Of a stretch of DNA of 64,000 bases, positions 36,031-45,849 are shown in pieces. Position 1 is the first letter of the stretch; each line of letters begins with the position of its first letter. A program made the translations under genes and the position numbers. The notes under the pieces were generated by a model, which was given only the letters and a program-made list of their open reading frames with translations, did not search any database and was not told where the DNA came from. The stretch lies in contig CP011213.1 of NCBI GenBank assembly GCA_001029735.1, positions 784,298 through 848,297 of the forward strand, read 5' to 3'. The stretch comes from Berkelbacteria bacterium GW2011_GWE1_39_12. Lineage in GTDB: Bacteria; Patescibacteriota; UBA1384; UBA12157.

Positions 36031-36208
36031 AGTAAGTCAAATTAATAGGGCCTTAAAAAAGCCAAAATTTAGCACCAGAATTGTTCGCCGATGCAACCGC
36101 TGTGGTCGACGCCACGGTTTCATCCGAAAATTCGGGCTTTGCAGAATTTGTTTTCGCGAATTAGCGACCAAAGCGCAAATCCCTGGTGTAACAAAGTCAT
36201 CGTGGTAG
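36023..36208 (+). CDS. rpsZ: 30S ribosomal protein S14 type Z (zinc-binding)
   Basis: 61 aa, with [20 protein letters not shown]. Confidence 0.94.
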   Translation: MAKVSQINRALKKPKFSTRIVRRCNRCGRRHGFIRKFGLCRICFRELATKAQIPGVTKSSW

Positions 36209-36217
36209 GAGTATAAA

Positions 36218-36613
36218 ATGGATACAATAGCAAACATGTTCACACAACTTAAAAACGCAGGTCATGCCGGAAAGAAAGAAGTTTCCGTTTCTTACTCAAA
36301 GCTAAATTTAGCCATTTTAGCCATTTTGAAGGAAAAAGGTTTTGTTGCTTCATTCAAAGAAGAAACAGCCGAAGGAAAAAAATATCCTAACCTAACAGTT
36401 ACCTTATCTTTTAAGGCAAATAACGAATTATCATTCAATGATATTCGCCGTGTCAGCCGATCTGGTCGCCGCATTTATGTTGGCGCCGGACGATTGCCAC
36501 AGTTAATGCGCGGCAAAGCGGAAATCTTAGTTTCAACTTCCAAAGGTGTTATGAGTGGAACTGACGCGAAGAAAAAAGGCCTTGGCGGAGAGATTCTAGG
36601 AGAGGTGGTCTAA
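36218..36613 (+). CDS. rpsH: 30S ribosomal protein S8
   Basis: MDTIANMFTQLKNA... Confidence 0.95.
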   Translation: MDTIANMFTQLKNAGHAGKKEVSVSYSKLNLAILAILKEKGFVASFKEETAEGKKYPNLTVTLSFKANNELSFNDIRRVSRSGRRIYVGAGRLPQLMRGKAEILVSTSKGVMSGTDAKKKGLGGEILGEVV

Positions 36614-36659
36614 TGGCCATGATAAATCATGTCGCGGAATTTTCGGGAAAGAGGAAAAT

Positions 36660-37214
36660 ATGAGTAGAATTGGAAGATTACCGATCAAAAATATAGAAGG
36701 TGTGACTTTCACCGAGGATCATGGTCACATTGTGATTACTGGCCCAAAGGGCGAGCAGGTTTTAGAATTCCCAAGACAGCTTAAGCTGGAAAAGACGGAT
36801 TCTGAAATTATTTTATCTCGTAACTCTGAAGACAAAAAAATCAGAGCTTTGCATGGTTTATATCGCCAGTTAATCGCTAATGCCATGGAAGGCGTTAGTA
36901 AAGGTTGGGAAAAGAAATTAGATTTTAAAGGTGTTGGTTATCGCGCGGAAACGCAAGGCGATAATAAATTAGTTATGGCATTGGGTTTTTCCCATCCGGT
37001 TGAAATTATTGCCCCAGAAGGCATCACTTTCACGGTTCAAAAAAATGTCATTACTGTCAGCGGCATCGACAAACAAAAAGTCGGTCAAGTTGCTGCCAAT
37101 ATCCGAAAAATTCGCCCAGTCGAACCATATAAAGGTAAAGGTCTTAAATATATTGACGAAATCCCACGTAAAAAACTTGGTAAAGCGGCTAAAGCAGCCG
37201 GGGGAGCAGCCTAA
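36660..37214 (+). CDS. rplF: 50S ribosomal protein L6
   Basis: SRIGRLPIK... with two L6 domains. Confidence 0.95.
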   Translation: MSRIGRLPIKNIEGVTFTEDHGHIVITGPKGEQVLEFPRQLKLEKTDSEIILSRNSEDKKIRALHGLYRQLIANAMEGVSKGWEKKLDFKGVGYRAETQGDNKLVMALGFSHPVEIIAPEGITFTVQKNVITVSGIDKQKVGQVAANIRKIRPVEPYKGKGLKYIDEIPRKKLGKAAKAAGGAA

Positions 37215-37522
37215 TGATATTAGATAGAAAAATAAGAACAATTAACCGCGTTCGCGCGAAAGTCTCCGGTACAGCCGAAAGACCAAGATTAGCGGTCTTT
37301 AGATCTTTAACCGGCATTTCTGGCCAATTGATTGACGACCAAAAAGGTGTCACTCTTATTTCAGTTGCAGGTAAAGATGCCAGTGAAGCAGGTAAAACAA
37401 TGGCCAAAAAAGCAGTCGAAATGAAAATTCAAGAAGCTGTTTTTGATCGCCGATCTTATCGCTACCATGGTCGTGTTAAAGCCTTTGCTGAAGGCGCCCG
37501 AGATGGAGGATTAAAGATATGA
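37214..37522 (+). CDS. rplR: 50S ribosomal protein L18
   Basis: [10 protein letters not shown]... Confidence 0.92.
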   Translation: MILDRKIRTINRVRAKVSGTAERPRLAVFRSLTGISGQLIDDQKGVTLISVAGKDASEAGKTMAKKAVEMKIQEAVFDRRSYRYHGRVKAFAEGARDGGLKI

Positions 37523-38088
37523 ACCCATCACAAGATATAAAACAACCGGTTCAACCGGCTGCAAATCCAAAGAGAAACGAACGCGAATTCAGCGTTGGAC
37601 GACGTGGCGAAGGCCGCGAAAGGCCAAAGAGCGAATTCGAAGAGCATGTTTTGCAGGTTGACCGCGTTTCCCGAACAGTTAAGGGTGGAAAACGTGTTCG
37701 ATTCCGTGCTTTAGTTATTATCGGTAACCGTAATGGTAAAATTGCCATGGGTGTCGGTAAAGCCGCTGAAGTTCAAGTCGCCGTTCAGAAAGCCGTTACT
37801 ATCGCTAAAAAGAATATTTTAGTAATTCCGATCGTAAATGAAACCATTCCTTATCCGATTGATATTCATTCTGGCGCCGCTCACATTATTTTGAAGCCGG
37901 CCAAACCAGGTACATCTGTTATTGCTGGTGGCACCATTCGTGTCATTTGTAACCTAGCTGGTATTCGTAACTTAGTCGCCAAGATTTTAGGGACAGCCAA
38001 TAAGATCAATAATGCGCAAACTACTATGTTGGCATTATCACAAATGGCCAAGAGACATGCAGAGGAGAATCCAAATGGAGTTAAATAA
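37519..38088 (+). CDS. rpsE: 30S ribosomal protein S5 (with a basic N-terminal extension)
   Basis: Motifs [21 protein letters not shown] and GGTIRVICN. Confidence 0.95.
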   Translation: MNPSQDIKQPVQPAANPKRNEREFSVGRRGEGRERPKSEFEEHVLQVDRVSRTVKGGKRVRFRALVIIGNRNGKIAMGVGKAAEVQVAVQKAVTIAKKNILVIPIVNETIPYPIDIHSGAAHIILKPAKPGTSVIAGGTIRVICNLAGIRNLVAKILGTANKINNAQTTMLALSQMAKRHAEENPNGVK

Positions 38089-38605
38089 ACTTATTTCAAT
38101 TAAGACGACCAAAAAAGCAAAGCGTTTAGGACGCGGGCTTTCTTCAGGAAAAGGTGAAACTTCTGGTCGTGGTACCAAGGGTCAGAAATCACGCTCAGGC
38201 CATAACATTCCTCGATCATTCGAAGGTGGACAAACTCCGTTAATCCAACGTTTAGCCAAAGCTCGTGGTTTTAATTCTATTCATGCCAAGCCAGAAATCG
38301 TTCATATTGTTGATATTGAAAAAAACTTCAACGACGGCGACACAGTCAATTTTAAATCTTTATTAGAGAAGAAATTAGTTCATTCAGTTAAAGATGGTGT
38401 CAAAGTAGTCGGACCGGGTAAATTAACCAAGTCTTTGCGGTTCCTGGAAGTTAAACTAACCAAGAGTTTGTTTGAAGCAGCTTCCAACAATAAGCCAGCT
38501 GCTAAACCAGCCAAGGCTGTTGAAGCGGAAGTCAAAGAAGCACCTGTTAAGAAAGTTACAGAGAAGAAACCAGTCGCCAAAAAGTCTGCAAAAAAGGCAG
38601 AGTAA
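38075..38605 (+). CDS. rplO: 50S ribosomal protein L15
   Basis: Start at [14 protein letters not shown]...GRGLSSGKGETSGRGTKGQK. It immediately follows rpsE with no rpmD (L30) between, and has a K/A-rich C-terminal tail. Confidence 0.93.
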   Translation: MELNKLISIKTTKKAKRLGRGLSSGKGETSGRGTKGQKSRSGHNIPRSFEGGQTPLIQRLAKARGFNSIHAKPEIVHIVDIEKNFNDGDTVNFKSLLEKKLVHSVKDGVKVVGPGKLTKSLRFLEVKLTKSLFEAASNNKPAAKPAKAVEAEVKEAPVKKVTEKKPVAKKSAKKAE

Positions 38606-38658
38606 CAAAGATATATGTGATTGATATATATGCAAAAAGGATCCGCAAGGGTCTTTTT

Positions 38659-38688
38659 TGGTATAATATAACTGTATTTGTAAATACA
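38659..38688 (+). promoter_or_regulatory. uvdE extended -10 promoter (TGgTATAAT) with an overlapping 7-2-7 palindrome TGTATTT-GT-AAATACA (operator-like)
   Basis: The palindrome at 38673-38688 sits at the predicted transcription start. A weak terminator for rplO lies just upstream (38628-38657). Confidence 0.45.
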
Positions 38689-38724
38689 TAGACAATATTA
38701 ATAATAGAAATCTGAGTCTAAACT

Positions 38725-39618
38725 ATGATTAGAATCGGCTATGTTGGTAACAATTTAACTTTGGGTTGTACCAGTTCCAGTACTTTTCGGCTTGCATCAT
38801 ATAGTGATGTGAGACTGATCCAAACAGTGGCATCAAATCTTGAATGTTTACAAAAGATTCAAGATTTTAATGCTGAAAACAAAATCGAACTTTTTAGAAT
38901 CAGTTCTGATCTTATTCCTTTTGCTTCTCATGAAGTTTTGTCCTTCCTGTGGCAAGAGCATTTTAGAAGCGATTTTGCCAAAATCGGTCAATTTGCAGAA
39001 GAGAATAATATGCGTTTAACCATGCATCCGGATCAATTTGTAATTTTAAACTCACAAAACAACGCTTTAACTCAAAAATCAATTTTAGAACTAAATTACC
39101 ACGCTGAGGTATTAGATTTATTAGGCACCGATTCTAGCTCAAAAATACAAATTCATATCGGCGGAGGCTATGGCGATAAAAAAGCAAGTATGAATAGGTT
39201 TATGGAAAATTACAAGCAATTGCCAGAAAAAATAAAAAGAAGATTAATAATTGAAAATGACGATCGGATCTTTACCGCTAAAGATTGTTTAAGCGTTTCG
39301 AGTAAGACCGGTATTCCGATAGTTTTAGATTATTTTCACCAGGCTTTAAATAATGACGGCGAAGAATTCATCGAAGTTTTAAATCAAGCTGCTAAAACTT
39401 GGAAACCTTCAGATGGATTTCCAATGTTGGATTATAGCAGTCAGAATATTAACAAAAGACGTGGTTCTCATGCGGAAACCTTAGATAGCGAAGATTTTAA
39501 GATATTTTTAGAAAAATTAACCGGTAACTTCGATGTTACAATTGAAATAAAAGATAAAGAAATAAGCGCGCTCAAAGCCAATCTTATTTTAAAAAGATTT
39601 AAAAAAGCGGCTTGTTAG
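38725..39618 (+). CDS. uvdE: UV DNA damage endonuclease (UvdE/UVDE family)
   Basis: UvdE-like blocks RISSDLIPFASH, HPDQFVILNS, IHIGGGYGDK and IENDD (TIM-barrel AP-endonuclease-like fold). It has its own extended -10 promoter with an operator-like palindrome. Confidence 0.75.
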   Translation: MIRIGYVGNNLTLGCTSSSTFRLASYSDVRLIQTVASNLECLQKIQDFNAENKIELFRISSDLIPFASHEVLSFLWQEHFRSDFAKIGQFAEENNMRLTMHPDQFVILNSQNNALTQKSILELNYHAEVLDLLGTDSSSKIQIHIGGGYGDKKASMNRFMENYKQLPEKIKRRLIIENDDRIFTAKDCLSVSSKTGIPIVLDYFHQALNNDGEEFIEVLNQAAKTWKPSDGFPMLDYSSQNINKRRGSHAETLDSEDFKIFLEKLTGNFDVTIEIKDKEISALKANLILKRFKKAAC

Positions 39619-40226
39619 CCGCTTACTGTGGTCACTGTCTCCAAATCGATAAATCTTCGACACTGGTCGAGACGTTCTCGAGCTTTCCCTTCTTGCTCTA
39701 GGGTCAGGTCATCTCTGCCTAGTATCCGCAGGTAAAGTGTTGCGGAGAATCGGTACGCGTCGTGGGTTTCCTGACACATATATCTATCTGCGAGCGACAG
39801 CATGTCGTCAGGGTCGGAACCTGGATCCTCAAAGACCTTCTTCGGGCAAATGAGGACTCCCTCCATGTCAAACGGATTTGTTCTCCAATGCTGCTCGCTC
39901 TCTGGCTCGACGGAGGAAAATACTCCGTCGTATTGCGAAAATCTGTAGCCAAGCACCAAGCCGGGAACATTCAACGGATTGAGCTTCGGATCCGCGGTGA
40001 TCCTCGCCATCACCGGGAACCAGCCGCCCATGAATCGTGTAAGGCTGATTGAATATGCGTAATCTCCATTATCGCTTTCCACCTCAGCCATGTATTTATC
40101 TGTCGCACTATCGAGCTGGGTGGTGACCGCTTCAATCTTACTGGCGTTCTCTCCGGACAAGATGGCAATAGCCATCCTAACCGATTTGTCCAAGTCGTTG
40201 TCTGCTATAACGCACATTACTTCCAT
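39615..40226 (-). CDS. hypothetical protein (GC-rich, acidic)
   Basis: Minus-strand ORF. The ATG is preceded by GAGGAGG. No recognisable domain. Confidence 0.4.
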   Translation of the reverse strand: MEVMCVIADNDLDKSVRMAIAILSGENASKIEAVTTQLDSATDKYMAEVESDNGDYAYSISLTRFMGGWFPVMARITADPKLNPLNVPGLVLGYRFSQYDGVFSSVEPESEQHWRTNPFDMEGVLICPKKVFEDPGSDPDDMLSLADRYMCQETHDAYRFSATLYLRILGRDDLTLEQEGKARERLDQCRRFIDLETVTTVSG

Positions 40227-40294
40227 CAACATCCTCCTCAGCGATAAAAACAATCCGTTAACATTATAGGTAATTTTTCGCCTTTTGTCAACGC

Positions 40295-40990
40295 TTGAGC
40301 TATGTTTTTGATACAATAGAACTAATGATAAATTTATTAATTATTTTCGCCGCCTTAATCCTCTTCGCATACCTCACGAACTTTTTGCTTGTTCGGTCGT
40401 TTTTAGGTTTTAGATGGCGGTTTTTTGTCGCACCAGGTGTTATTATCCACGAACTTTCTCATGCTTTCGCCTGTGTCTTAATGTTTGCCAAGGTAAAGAA
40501 AATATCATTTTTCGATAAAGATGGGGGATCAGTCACTCATGAAAAATCAAAGATCCCAATCATCGGCCCAATATTGATCTCGTTGGCACCATTGGCTGTT
40601 GGTATCTTTCTTTTCTTTTTCTTAGGTAGGATCATTCATTTGGATGGTTCGCTCGACACCTCAGCTGTCGTAAATAACCTTAAAACCATTTATTGCCAAA
40701 TTGATTTCACTAATTGGCGAAACATTCTCATCGTTTATTTACTCCTCTCCATTGCCGTGACCATGACACCAAGCTGGCAGGATTTAATTAATATGCTACT
40801 ACCGCTCGTCATTTTAGCGGGAAGTTTTTATCTGCTCTTTCGCTTTACGCATCTCGTTAATTTCTCACAATACGAGCCGTTTGTCTTGCATCTCACGCCG
40901 ATTTTAGATCTTGTGGTTTTTGTACTCGCAGTTTGTTTGGCCATTAGTTTCATCTTTTATTTGATCACTTGGGCTGTGTTTCAAAGATAG
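40295..40990 (+). CDS. polytopic membrane protein with an HExxH motif (putative intramembrane zinc metallopeptidase-like)
   Basis: 5-6 TM helices. IHELSHAF sits at the edge of the first helix pair. The start is uncertain (possible ATG at 40325). Confidence 0.4.
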   Translation: MSYVFDTIELMINLLIIFAALILFAYLTNFLLVRSFLGFRWRFFVAPGVIIHELSHAFACVLMFAKVKKISFFDKDGGSVTHEKSKIPIIGPILISLAPLAVGIFLFFFLGRIIHLDGSLDTSAVVNNLKTIYCQIDFTNWRNILIVYLLLSIAVTMTPSWQDLINMLLPLVILAGSFYLLFRFTHLVNFSQYEPFVLHLTPILDLVVFVLAVCLAISFIFYLITWAVFQR

Positions 40991-41050
40991 TTTATACTAA
41001 AAAAGGGCAAGTGTTTAACTTACCCTTGATGGTTACTTGTTAAGTATGGT

Positions 41051-41845
41051 TTATTCGTCTGACTCAATCTCTGTGATCAGACGGCTTGCCATCGCTTCAA
41101 CCAATTTCTTACGGGTCGATCCTTCCTTGTCGTCGATAATCTCGTCGATCATGCTTGGAAGGCGCAATCTGAGTTGCGTTAGAATAGCGTCTCGATCATC
41201 GTTTTCATTATAGCTATCTGTATCGAAGAACGTGCTGACGAGATCTTCGGCATCACTGATGAGCCGAGCCTTCAGCTTGTCTCGATAAGCTAGCAGTACC
41301 TCTTCGTCTAGGATGACTTTCTCGATTTGTTCAGAAATCGTATCCTTGCGTCTATCGCCAAGGTCATCCTCGTTGTCATCGAAGTATTCATCGATATCTG
41401 AATCGCTTGGGATAAGCTTGCTTCCGATCAAGCGCAGTTTTTCTTCCGGTATGTTTCCTGCGATTGCCTGATCTTTAAGCCTCTCAAGGGAATCACTGAA
41501 GAAACTTTGCGGAAGATTATCGATGATCGCTTCAAATCTCAATTGCAGCTTCTGCTGAGAAACCTGCAATGTTGTTGGGGACAACGAAAAGCCTGAAGAT
41601 TGTTCACCGATCATGGCACTGATCGTGGACTCAATTCGACTACCGATCGCTTTCTCGTAGGCTTGAACTCTTTTCTCAAAGGCTTCAAACTCTTGTCTAA
41701 CATTGACCGAATCTTTTTTGGGGATATTCTGAAGTTGAAACGTAAGTTCTGCAATTCTTTTCTTTGAAGAAAGGGCAGAACCTATTGCGACACCAACAGC
41801 GATAACACATAGAACAACTACGATAAGCATTAAACCAGACAACAT
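41051..41845 (-). CDS. hypothetical single-pass membrane protein with a coiled-coil and acidic C-terminal region
   Basis: Start at MLSGLM follows an AGGAGGGA RBS. An N-terminal TM is followed by heptad-like and D/E-rich segments. GC-rich. Confidence 0.45.
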   Translation of the reverse strand: MLSGLMLIVVVLCVIAVGVAIGSALSSKKRIAELTFQLQNIPKKDSVNVRQEFEAFEKRVQAYEKAIGSRIESTISAMIGEQSSGFSLSPTTLQVSQQKLQLRFEAIIDNLPQSFFSDSLERLKDQAIAGNIPEEKLRLIGSKLIPSDSDIDEYFDDNEDDLGDRRKDTISEQIEKVILDEEVLLAYRDKLKARLISDAEDLVSTFFDTDSYNENDDRDAILTQLRLRLPSMIDEIIDDKEGSTRKKLVEAMASRLITEIESDE

Positions 41846-42035
41846 GCTTGGATCCCTCCTGTTTGTTATGTGTGCTTTGCGAGCAACAGAGTAATATACC
41901 ATATAACTATACATTTGTAAAGGCTGTTAACATCTATTAAGTTTTGAAATATTAACCAATTAAAGTGACATGGAAAAATGTTAAGCTGTTTAAGGGTGAA
42001 AAACACAAAGCTAAAAATTAATTTAGGAAAAAACC

Positions 42036-42518
42036 ATGGAAAAAACGAAAATTACAACTGAGCCTGACAAACTGAAAATTGTTATCGAAAGAGTGCTTAA
42101 CGCGCCAAGAGAACTTGTATGGAAAGCCTTCAATGATCCGGAACTTATCGTCCAATGGTGGGGACTGAGAGATCAAACAACTGTTATCGAAAAAATGGAG
42201 GTCAAGCCTGGCGGCGAATGGAGATTTATTTCTCATAACCCAGATGGTAGTAAAGATATTTTTTATGGCGAATACAAAGAAATTAAGCCGCCTTATCTTG
42301 TTTCACAAACGTTCAACTATGAGCCAATTGGTTTAGGCCATGAATCTTTGGACACGGTTGATCTTTCGGAAATGGACGGGAAAACAAAGCTCAAAACAAC
42401 TTCAGTTTTCAAGACACTTGATGACTTAAATGGTATGATTGGGTCAGGTATGGAAAAAGGGGTTAATGAGTCATACGAACGACTCGATGACCTTTTGGAA
42501 AAAATGAAAGCTGAATAG
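42036..42518 (+). CDS. SRPBCC superfamily protein (AHSA1/Activator-of-Hsp90-ATPase-like domain)
   Basis: IERVLNAPRELVWKAFNDPELIVQWWG... is typical of the AHSA1/polyketide-cyclase-like family. 160 aa. Confidence 0.65.
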   Translation: MEKTKITTEPDKLKIVIERVLNAPRELVWKAFNDPELIVQWWGLRDQTTVIEKMEVKPGGEWRFISHNPDGSKDIFYGEYKEIKPPYLVSQTFNYEPIGLGHESLDTVDLSEMDGKTKLKTTSVFKTLDDLNGMIGSGMEKGVNESYERLDDLLEKMKAE

Positions 42519-42526
42519 ATCGTTAA

Positions 42527-43012
42527 ATGAATAAAGTTCAATTTACTCAAAAATTCAAATCCAGAATTTATTTGGGGAAATTTAACTATTGGAAGTTTTT
42601 TGTTTCGCCGGTTGAATTGTCGGAAGAAAAAATTCTAATAGAAGATTTCGCTGAATTTTATTGTCCTTGGTATTATGTAGATAATCGAGAAGTTAGCTTT
42701 AGTGAAGCGCAAAAAAATCCAACGGCAAGGGCAATAAATATAAACAAGGCCAGCAAAATTAATTTAAGTGATAGTCGAATGAAGGCGATTAGTTGTATTA
42801 AGCCTGATATTATTAGCTCGTTGAATCCAATTCCTTTAGCTCAAGATCTAAAAACAAATAAAGTGTTAGTTCTCGACAGTAATAAAACACTGATTGGTTT
42901 GTATAAATTTTTTCTCACTAACAAAATCGAAAATGTAAAAATACCGGTAGTTATAATTAAGGGGTATAATCTCGAAAAGATTGTCGGCGATTTTGAAATT
43001 ATTAATAGATAG
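42527..43012 (+). CDS. hypothetical protein
   Basis: Low-GC ORF of 161 aa with no recognisable domain. It lies 8 nt after the previous gene. Confidence 0.4.
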   Translation: MNKVQFTQKFKSRIYLGKFNYWKFFVSPVELSEEKILIEDFAEFYCPWYYVDNREVSFSEAQKNPTARAININKASKINLSDSRMKAISCIKPDIISSLNPIPLAQDLKTNKVLVLDSNKTLIGLYKFFLTNKIENVKIPVVIIKGYNLEKIVGDFEIINR

Positions 43013-43132
43013 ATAAAAATGCCCTTGATTCCAGGGCATTACCATTAGTTGATTTGACTGTGGTTTATTGATGTTTCTATTAAAAAAGGATATGATGTAC
43101 GCATCATACCTTGCTGGGTTAGGAGGATTGCA

Positions 43133-43369
43133 ATGATTATTAATTGTAGAGAGTGTGGCCATGGTCTGAGCCATAGAATACAAGGCCCGTGTGTGAATTG
43201 CGGTGAACCAGAACCATTCAAATGCTGTATCTGTGGCAGATTTCTAAATGGACCTTTGACCAACGATGTCACAACTCAGCCTACGCACAGAATCACGAGC
43301 AAAGGTCCCGTTTGCGCATCAACAAGTTGCATGGAGAAATTTATTATTCTCCAACTTTCGAAACGATGA
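43133..43369 (+). CDS. small Cys-rich zinc-ribbon-like protein (78 aa)
   Basis: CRECG...CVNCG...CCICGR...C: four or more Cys pairs. GGAGG RBS. A strong terminator hairpin lies downstream. Confidence 0.5.
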   Translation: MIINCRECGHGLSHRIQGPCVNCGEPEPFKCCICGRFLNGPLTNDVTTQPTHRITSKGPVCASTSCMEKFIILQLSKR

Positions 43370-43373
43370 TCGG

Positions 43374-43398
43374 CCGCGGATAAACCCCGCGGTTTTTT
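43374..43398 (+). terminator. intrinsic terminator after the 43133 gene (CCGCGG-ataaacc-CCGCGG + T6)
   Basis: Hairpin plus a U-run. Confidence 0.6.
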
Positions 43399-43507
43399 AA
43401 TTCCTGAGATATTCAATTTCCTTCTCACTGGTAAGATTGACTTTGACCCTTAATTTTGTTATGATTTAGCGTTATTTGTACCTACTACAATAAGGAAGGT
43501 GATTTAA

Positions 43508-44299
43508 ATGGAGTTGATTTCTCAATGTGCATTGGCTCATGGCCAACCTATAAAAGGTATAAGAACGCCTTGCTACGAATGTAATAGTACCTTCGAGATT
43601 ACTGGAAGAGAACATTACTTCGAATGGCACGGAGAAAGATACAATAGAGCTGAAAAGATCTTCCCTAAAGGTCTGGCCGATTTCATTTACTTGATCAATT
43701 ACAATTTTAGTACCGAGTATAATCTACGACGAATATATAACTTTATGGTGAAATGCCCGACGCCCGGCTGCAGAAACTGGTTAAGCATTCAAAGTAAGGA
43801 CAGTATAGAGCTTGTGGTGGCTTGGCAATACGATCAGGGAATGGTGAACTACGCGGAATATCAGAAGTCATGGCTGAATAATCTTAAAGAAAAGCTTCAT
43901 TTTGCATCAAAAGAGTCTGTGGAGCATCAAGTTTTCAGGAGTAACTTTGAAGTAAGAAAAGAAGTGCACGGGCTTATAGAAAGCATCTTGCAAACGGAAA
44001 GGTTGATTAGCTCTTATGAAGGGCTTGTAGAACAACCCTATTTGGATCGATATGTTGCTGCAAAGCATAATTTAGACACTTTGCATTCACGTTTGGAGCG
44101 TTTCTTGGTGCTTCGAGCGAAGATTGAAAGGATAACCGAAGATCTGCGAAATGCTCTAATTACCAATGCTTTTACAGAGAAAGAGGCAGAGCTCAGAGCC
44201 CAAAAGGATCTTGAATCCTTGGCGGTTAAGCAAAAGAGCGATCCTGTTGCGTGGGCAGACCTACTTTCTGCTTACGAAGACATTATACAAATCAATTAA
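43508..44299 (+). CDS. hypothetical protein with N-terminal Cys pairs (zinc-ribbon-like) and a C-terminal coiled-coil
   Basis: TTGACT-17-TATGAT promoter lies upstream. Cys pairs CALAHG...CYEC and CPTPGC. Confidence 0.45.
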   Translation: MELISQCALAHGQPIKGIRTPCYECNSTFEITGREHYFEWHGERYNRAEKIFPKGLADFIYLINYNFSTEYNLRRIYNFMVKCPTPGCRNWLSIQSKDSIELVVAWQYDQGMVNYAEYQKSWLNNLKEKLHFASKESVEHQVFRSNFEVRKEVHGLIESILQTERLISSYEGLVEQPYLDRYVAAKHNLDTLHSRLERFLVLRAKIERITEDLRNALITNAFTEKEAELRAQKDLESLAVKQKSDPVAWADLLSAYEDIIQIN

Positions 44300-44343
44300 T
44301 CATATGAGGAAGTTATTACTTCCTCTTTTTAATATCGAAATAC

Positions 44344-44370
44344 TAAAAAAGCGGTTATTTCTAACCGCTA
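44344..44370. terminator. bidirectional terminator hairpin (AAAAAAGCGGTTAtttctAACCGCT), copy 1 of an identical 27-mer
   Basis: Lies between convergent genes 43508-44299(+) and 44379-44768(-). Confidence 0.6.
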
Positions 44371-44378
44371 GAATATTC

Positions 44379-44768
44379 TCATTTAGGTCGTGACGTCTTA
44401 CGTTTGTTCTCATCTGGATGTGGATCGCAGATTTCTCTCCATTTGCTATAGTCGACCCCATTGGTTTTCGCAGGAGCTGACGGAGGCTCATCACGTCCGC
44501 ATCGCCGACACTTACCATTATTGAAATCGCAAATCATCTTGCTTTCCCCCAGAGGGATGTGACATCTTTTGCATCTTACAACTTTTGCACAGGGATGATT
44601 CTCGGTCAAGGTCGGCTCTGATTCTGCATGTTTGACACGTACTTCAGTTGCGCGGCAACCGGCGCGCATACACTTTCGCTTTTGGACGCATTCACTATCC
44701 GTGTTATATTTCCAATTGCTCCAGCTGTGTCCCGAAAAAAGACACTTTAGGCGGTCAATAATTCCCAT
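44379..44768 (-). CDS. Cys-rich (multi zinc-ribbon-like) basic protein, GC-rich
   Basis: 11 Cys in 129 aa, arranged as CxxxxC/CxxC pairs (CMRAGC, CKRC, CRRCG). Confidence 0.45.
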   Translation of the reverse strand: MGIIDRLKCLFSGHSWSNWKYNTDSECVQKRKCMRAGCRATEVRVKHAESEPTLTENHPCAKVVRCKRCHIPLGESKMICDFNNGKCRRCGRDEPPSAPAKTNGVDYSKWREICDPHPDENKRKTSRPK

Positions 44769-45001
44769 TGGACTGCTCCTTATGGCAAATTGTTAAGGGA
44801 GAACCCGAAACTGTACAAATCGTAACAACTCATGAGGCTAAAGTCAATATCAGTAAGGCTTTCCTTTTTTATTTATTTAAAAAAGCCCCCGCCTTCCAGT
44901 GTCTGGTTGAAAAGGTGGTATATTCATTTTAACTATTTACTTTACATATATTATTTTCTATAATAGTGGCAAATAAGAGGTTATTACCTCGAGGAGTATA
45001 A

Positions 45002-45781
45002 ATGTTATTAACATGGACTTTGTCAATTTTTGTAATAGCTGTGATTTTAAGCAGCATTAAGCAGATCAACCAATATCAGCGCGGGGTAAAGTTTAGATTG
45101 GGCAAGTTTGTAGGAATTATTGAACCAGGTTGGCGCTTAATTTTGCCTATTTTTGAATCAGTCACTAAAGTGGATATTCGCGTTAAAGCCGTCGATGTGC
45201 CAAATCAAGAAGCGATCACCAAAGACAATATTTCTGTTGGCATTAATGCAGTCATTTATTACAAAGTCGACGATGTCAGTAAAGCTATTTTGGAAGTCGA
45301 AAATTATTTCTACGCCATTTCTCAATTGGCCCAAACAACTATGCGAAATATTGTCGGTTCGGTGGATCTGGACACTTTGCTTTCCGAACGCGATAAAGTT
45401 TCAGAACAAATCCGCATGATAGTTGATAAACTTACCGATCCGTGGGGTATTAAAGTTCAAAATGTCGATCTAAAAGATGTATCCCTACCGGAAGATATGA
45501 AGCGTGTTATTGCCAAGCAAGCGGAAGCCGAACGTGAAAAAAGAGCGGTTATCACTAAAGCCGAAGGCGAAGTTATTGCTTCTACTAATTTAGCTAAAGC
45601 GGCACAGACCTTATCCGCTTCCGATGGCGCTTTGCACTTAAGAACGCTCAATACTTTAAATGATCTTTCATCGGATCAATCTAATACGGTTATTTTCGCT
45701 ATTCCTCTAGAGGTGTTAAGAGCCTTTGAAGGAAAAGGCAATGATACTCTTAAAAAACTCGCCGAGAAATTTTTAAAGTAA
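45002..45781 (+). CDS. SPFH/band-7 (stomatin/prohibitin-like) membrane protein
   Basis: N-terminal TM and SPFH-domain blocks (YQRGVKFRLGKF, TKDNISVGINAVIYYKV) with a coiled-coil C-terminus. Confidence 0.8.
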   Translation: MLLTWTLSIFVIAVILSSIKQINQYQRGVKFRLGKFVGIIEPGWRLILPIFESVTKVDIRVKAVDVPNQEAITKDNISVGINAVIYYKVDDVSKAILEVENYFYAISQLAQTTMRNIVGSVDLDTLLSERDKVSEQIRMIVDKLTDPWGIKVQNVDLKDVSLPEDMKRVIAKQAEAEREKRAVITKAEGEVIASTNLAKAAQTLSASDGALHLRTLNTLNDLSSDQSNTVIFAIPLEVLRAFEGKGNDTLKKLAEKFLK

Positions 45782-45789
45782 GACCCAAT

Positions 45790-45816
45790 TAAAAAAGCGG
45801 TTATTTCTAACCGCTA
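45790..45816. terminator. bidirectional terminator hairpin, copy 2 of the identical 27-mer TAAAAAAGCGGTTATTTCTAACCGCTA
   Basis: Lies between convergent genes 45002-45781(+) and 45850-46194(-). Sequence is identical to the one at 44344-44370. Confidence 0.6.
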
Positions 45817-45849
45817 ATACTCAGGAATAGTTTGTCCTCTTGACCGAAT

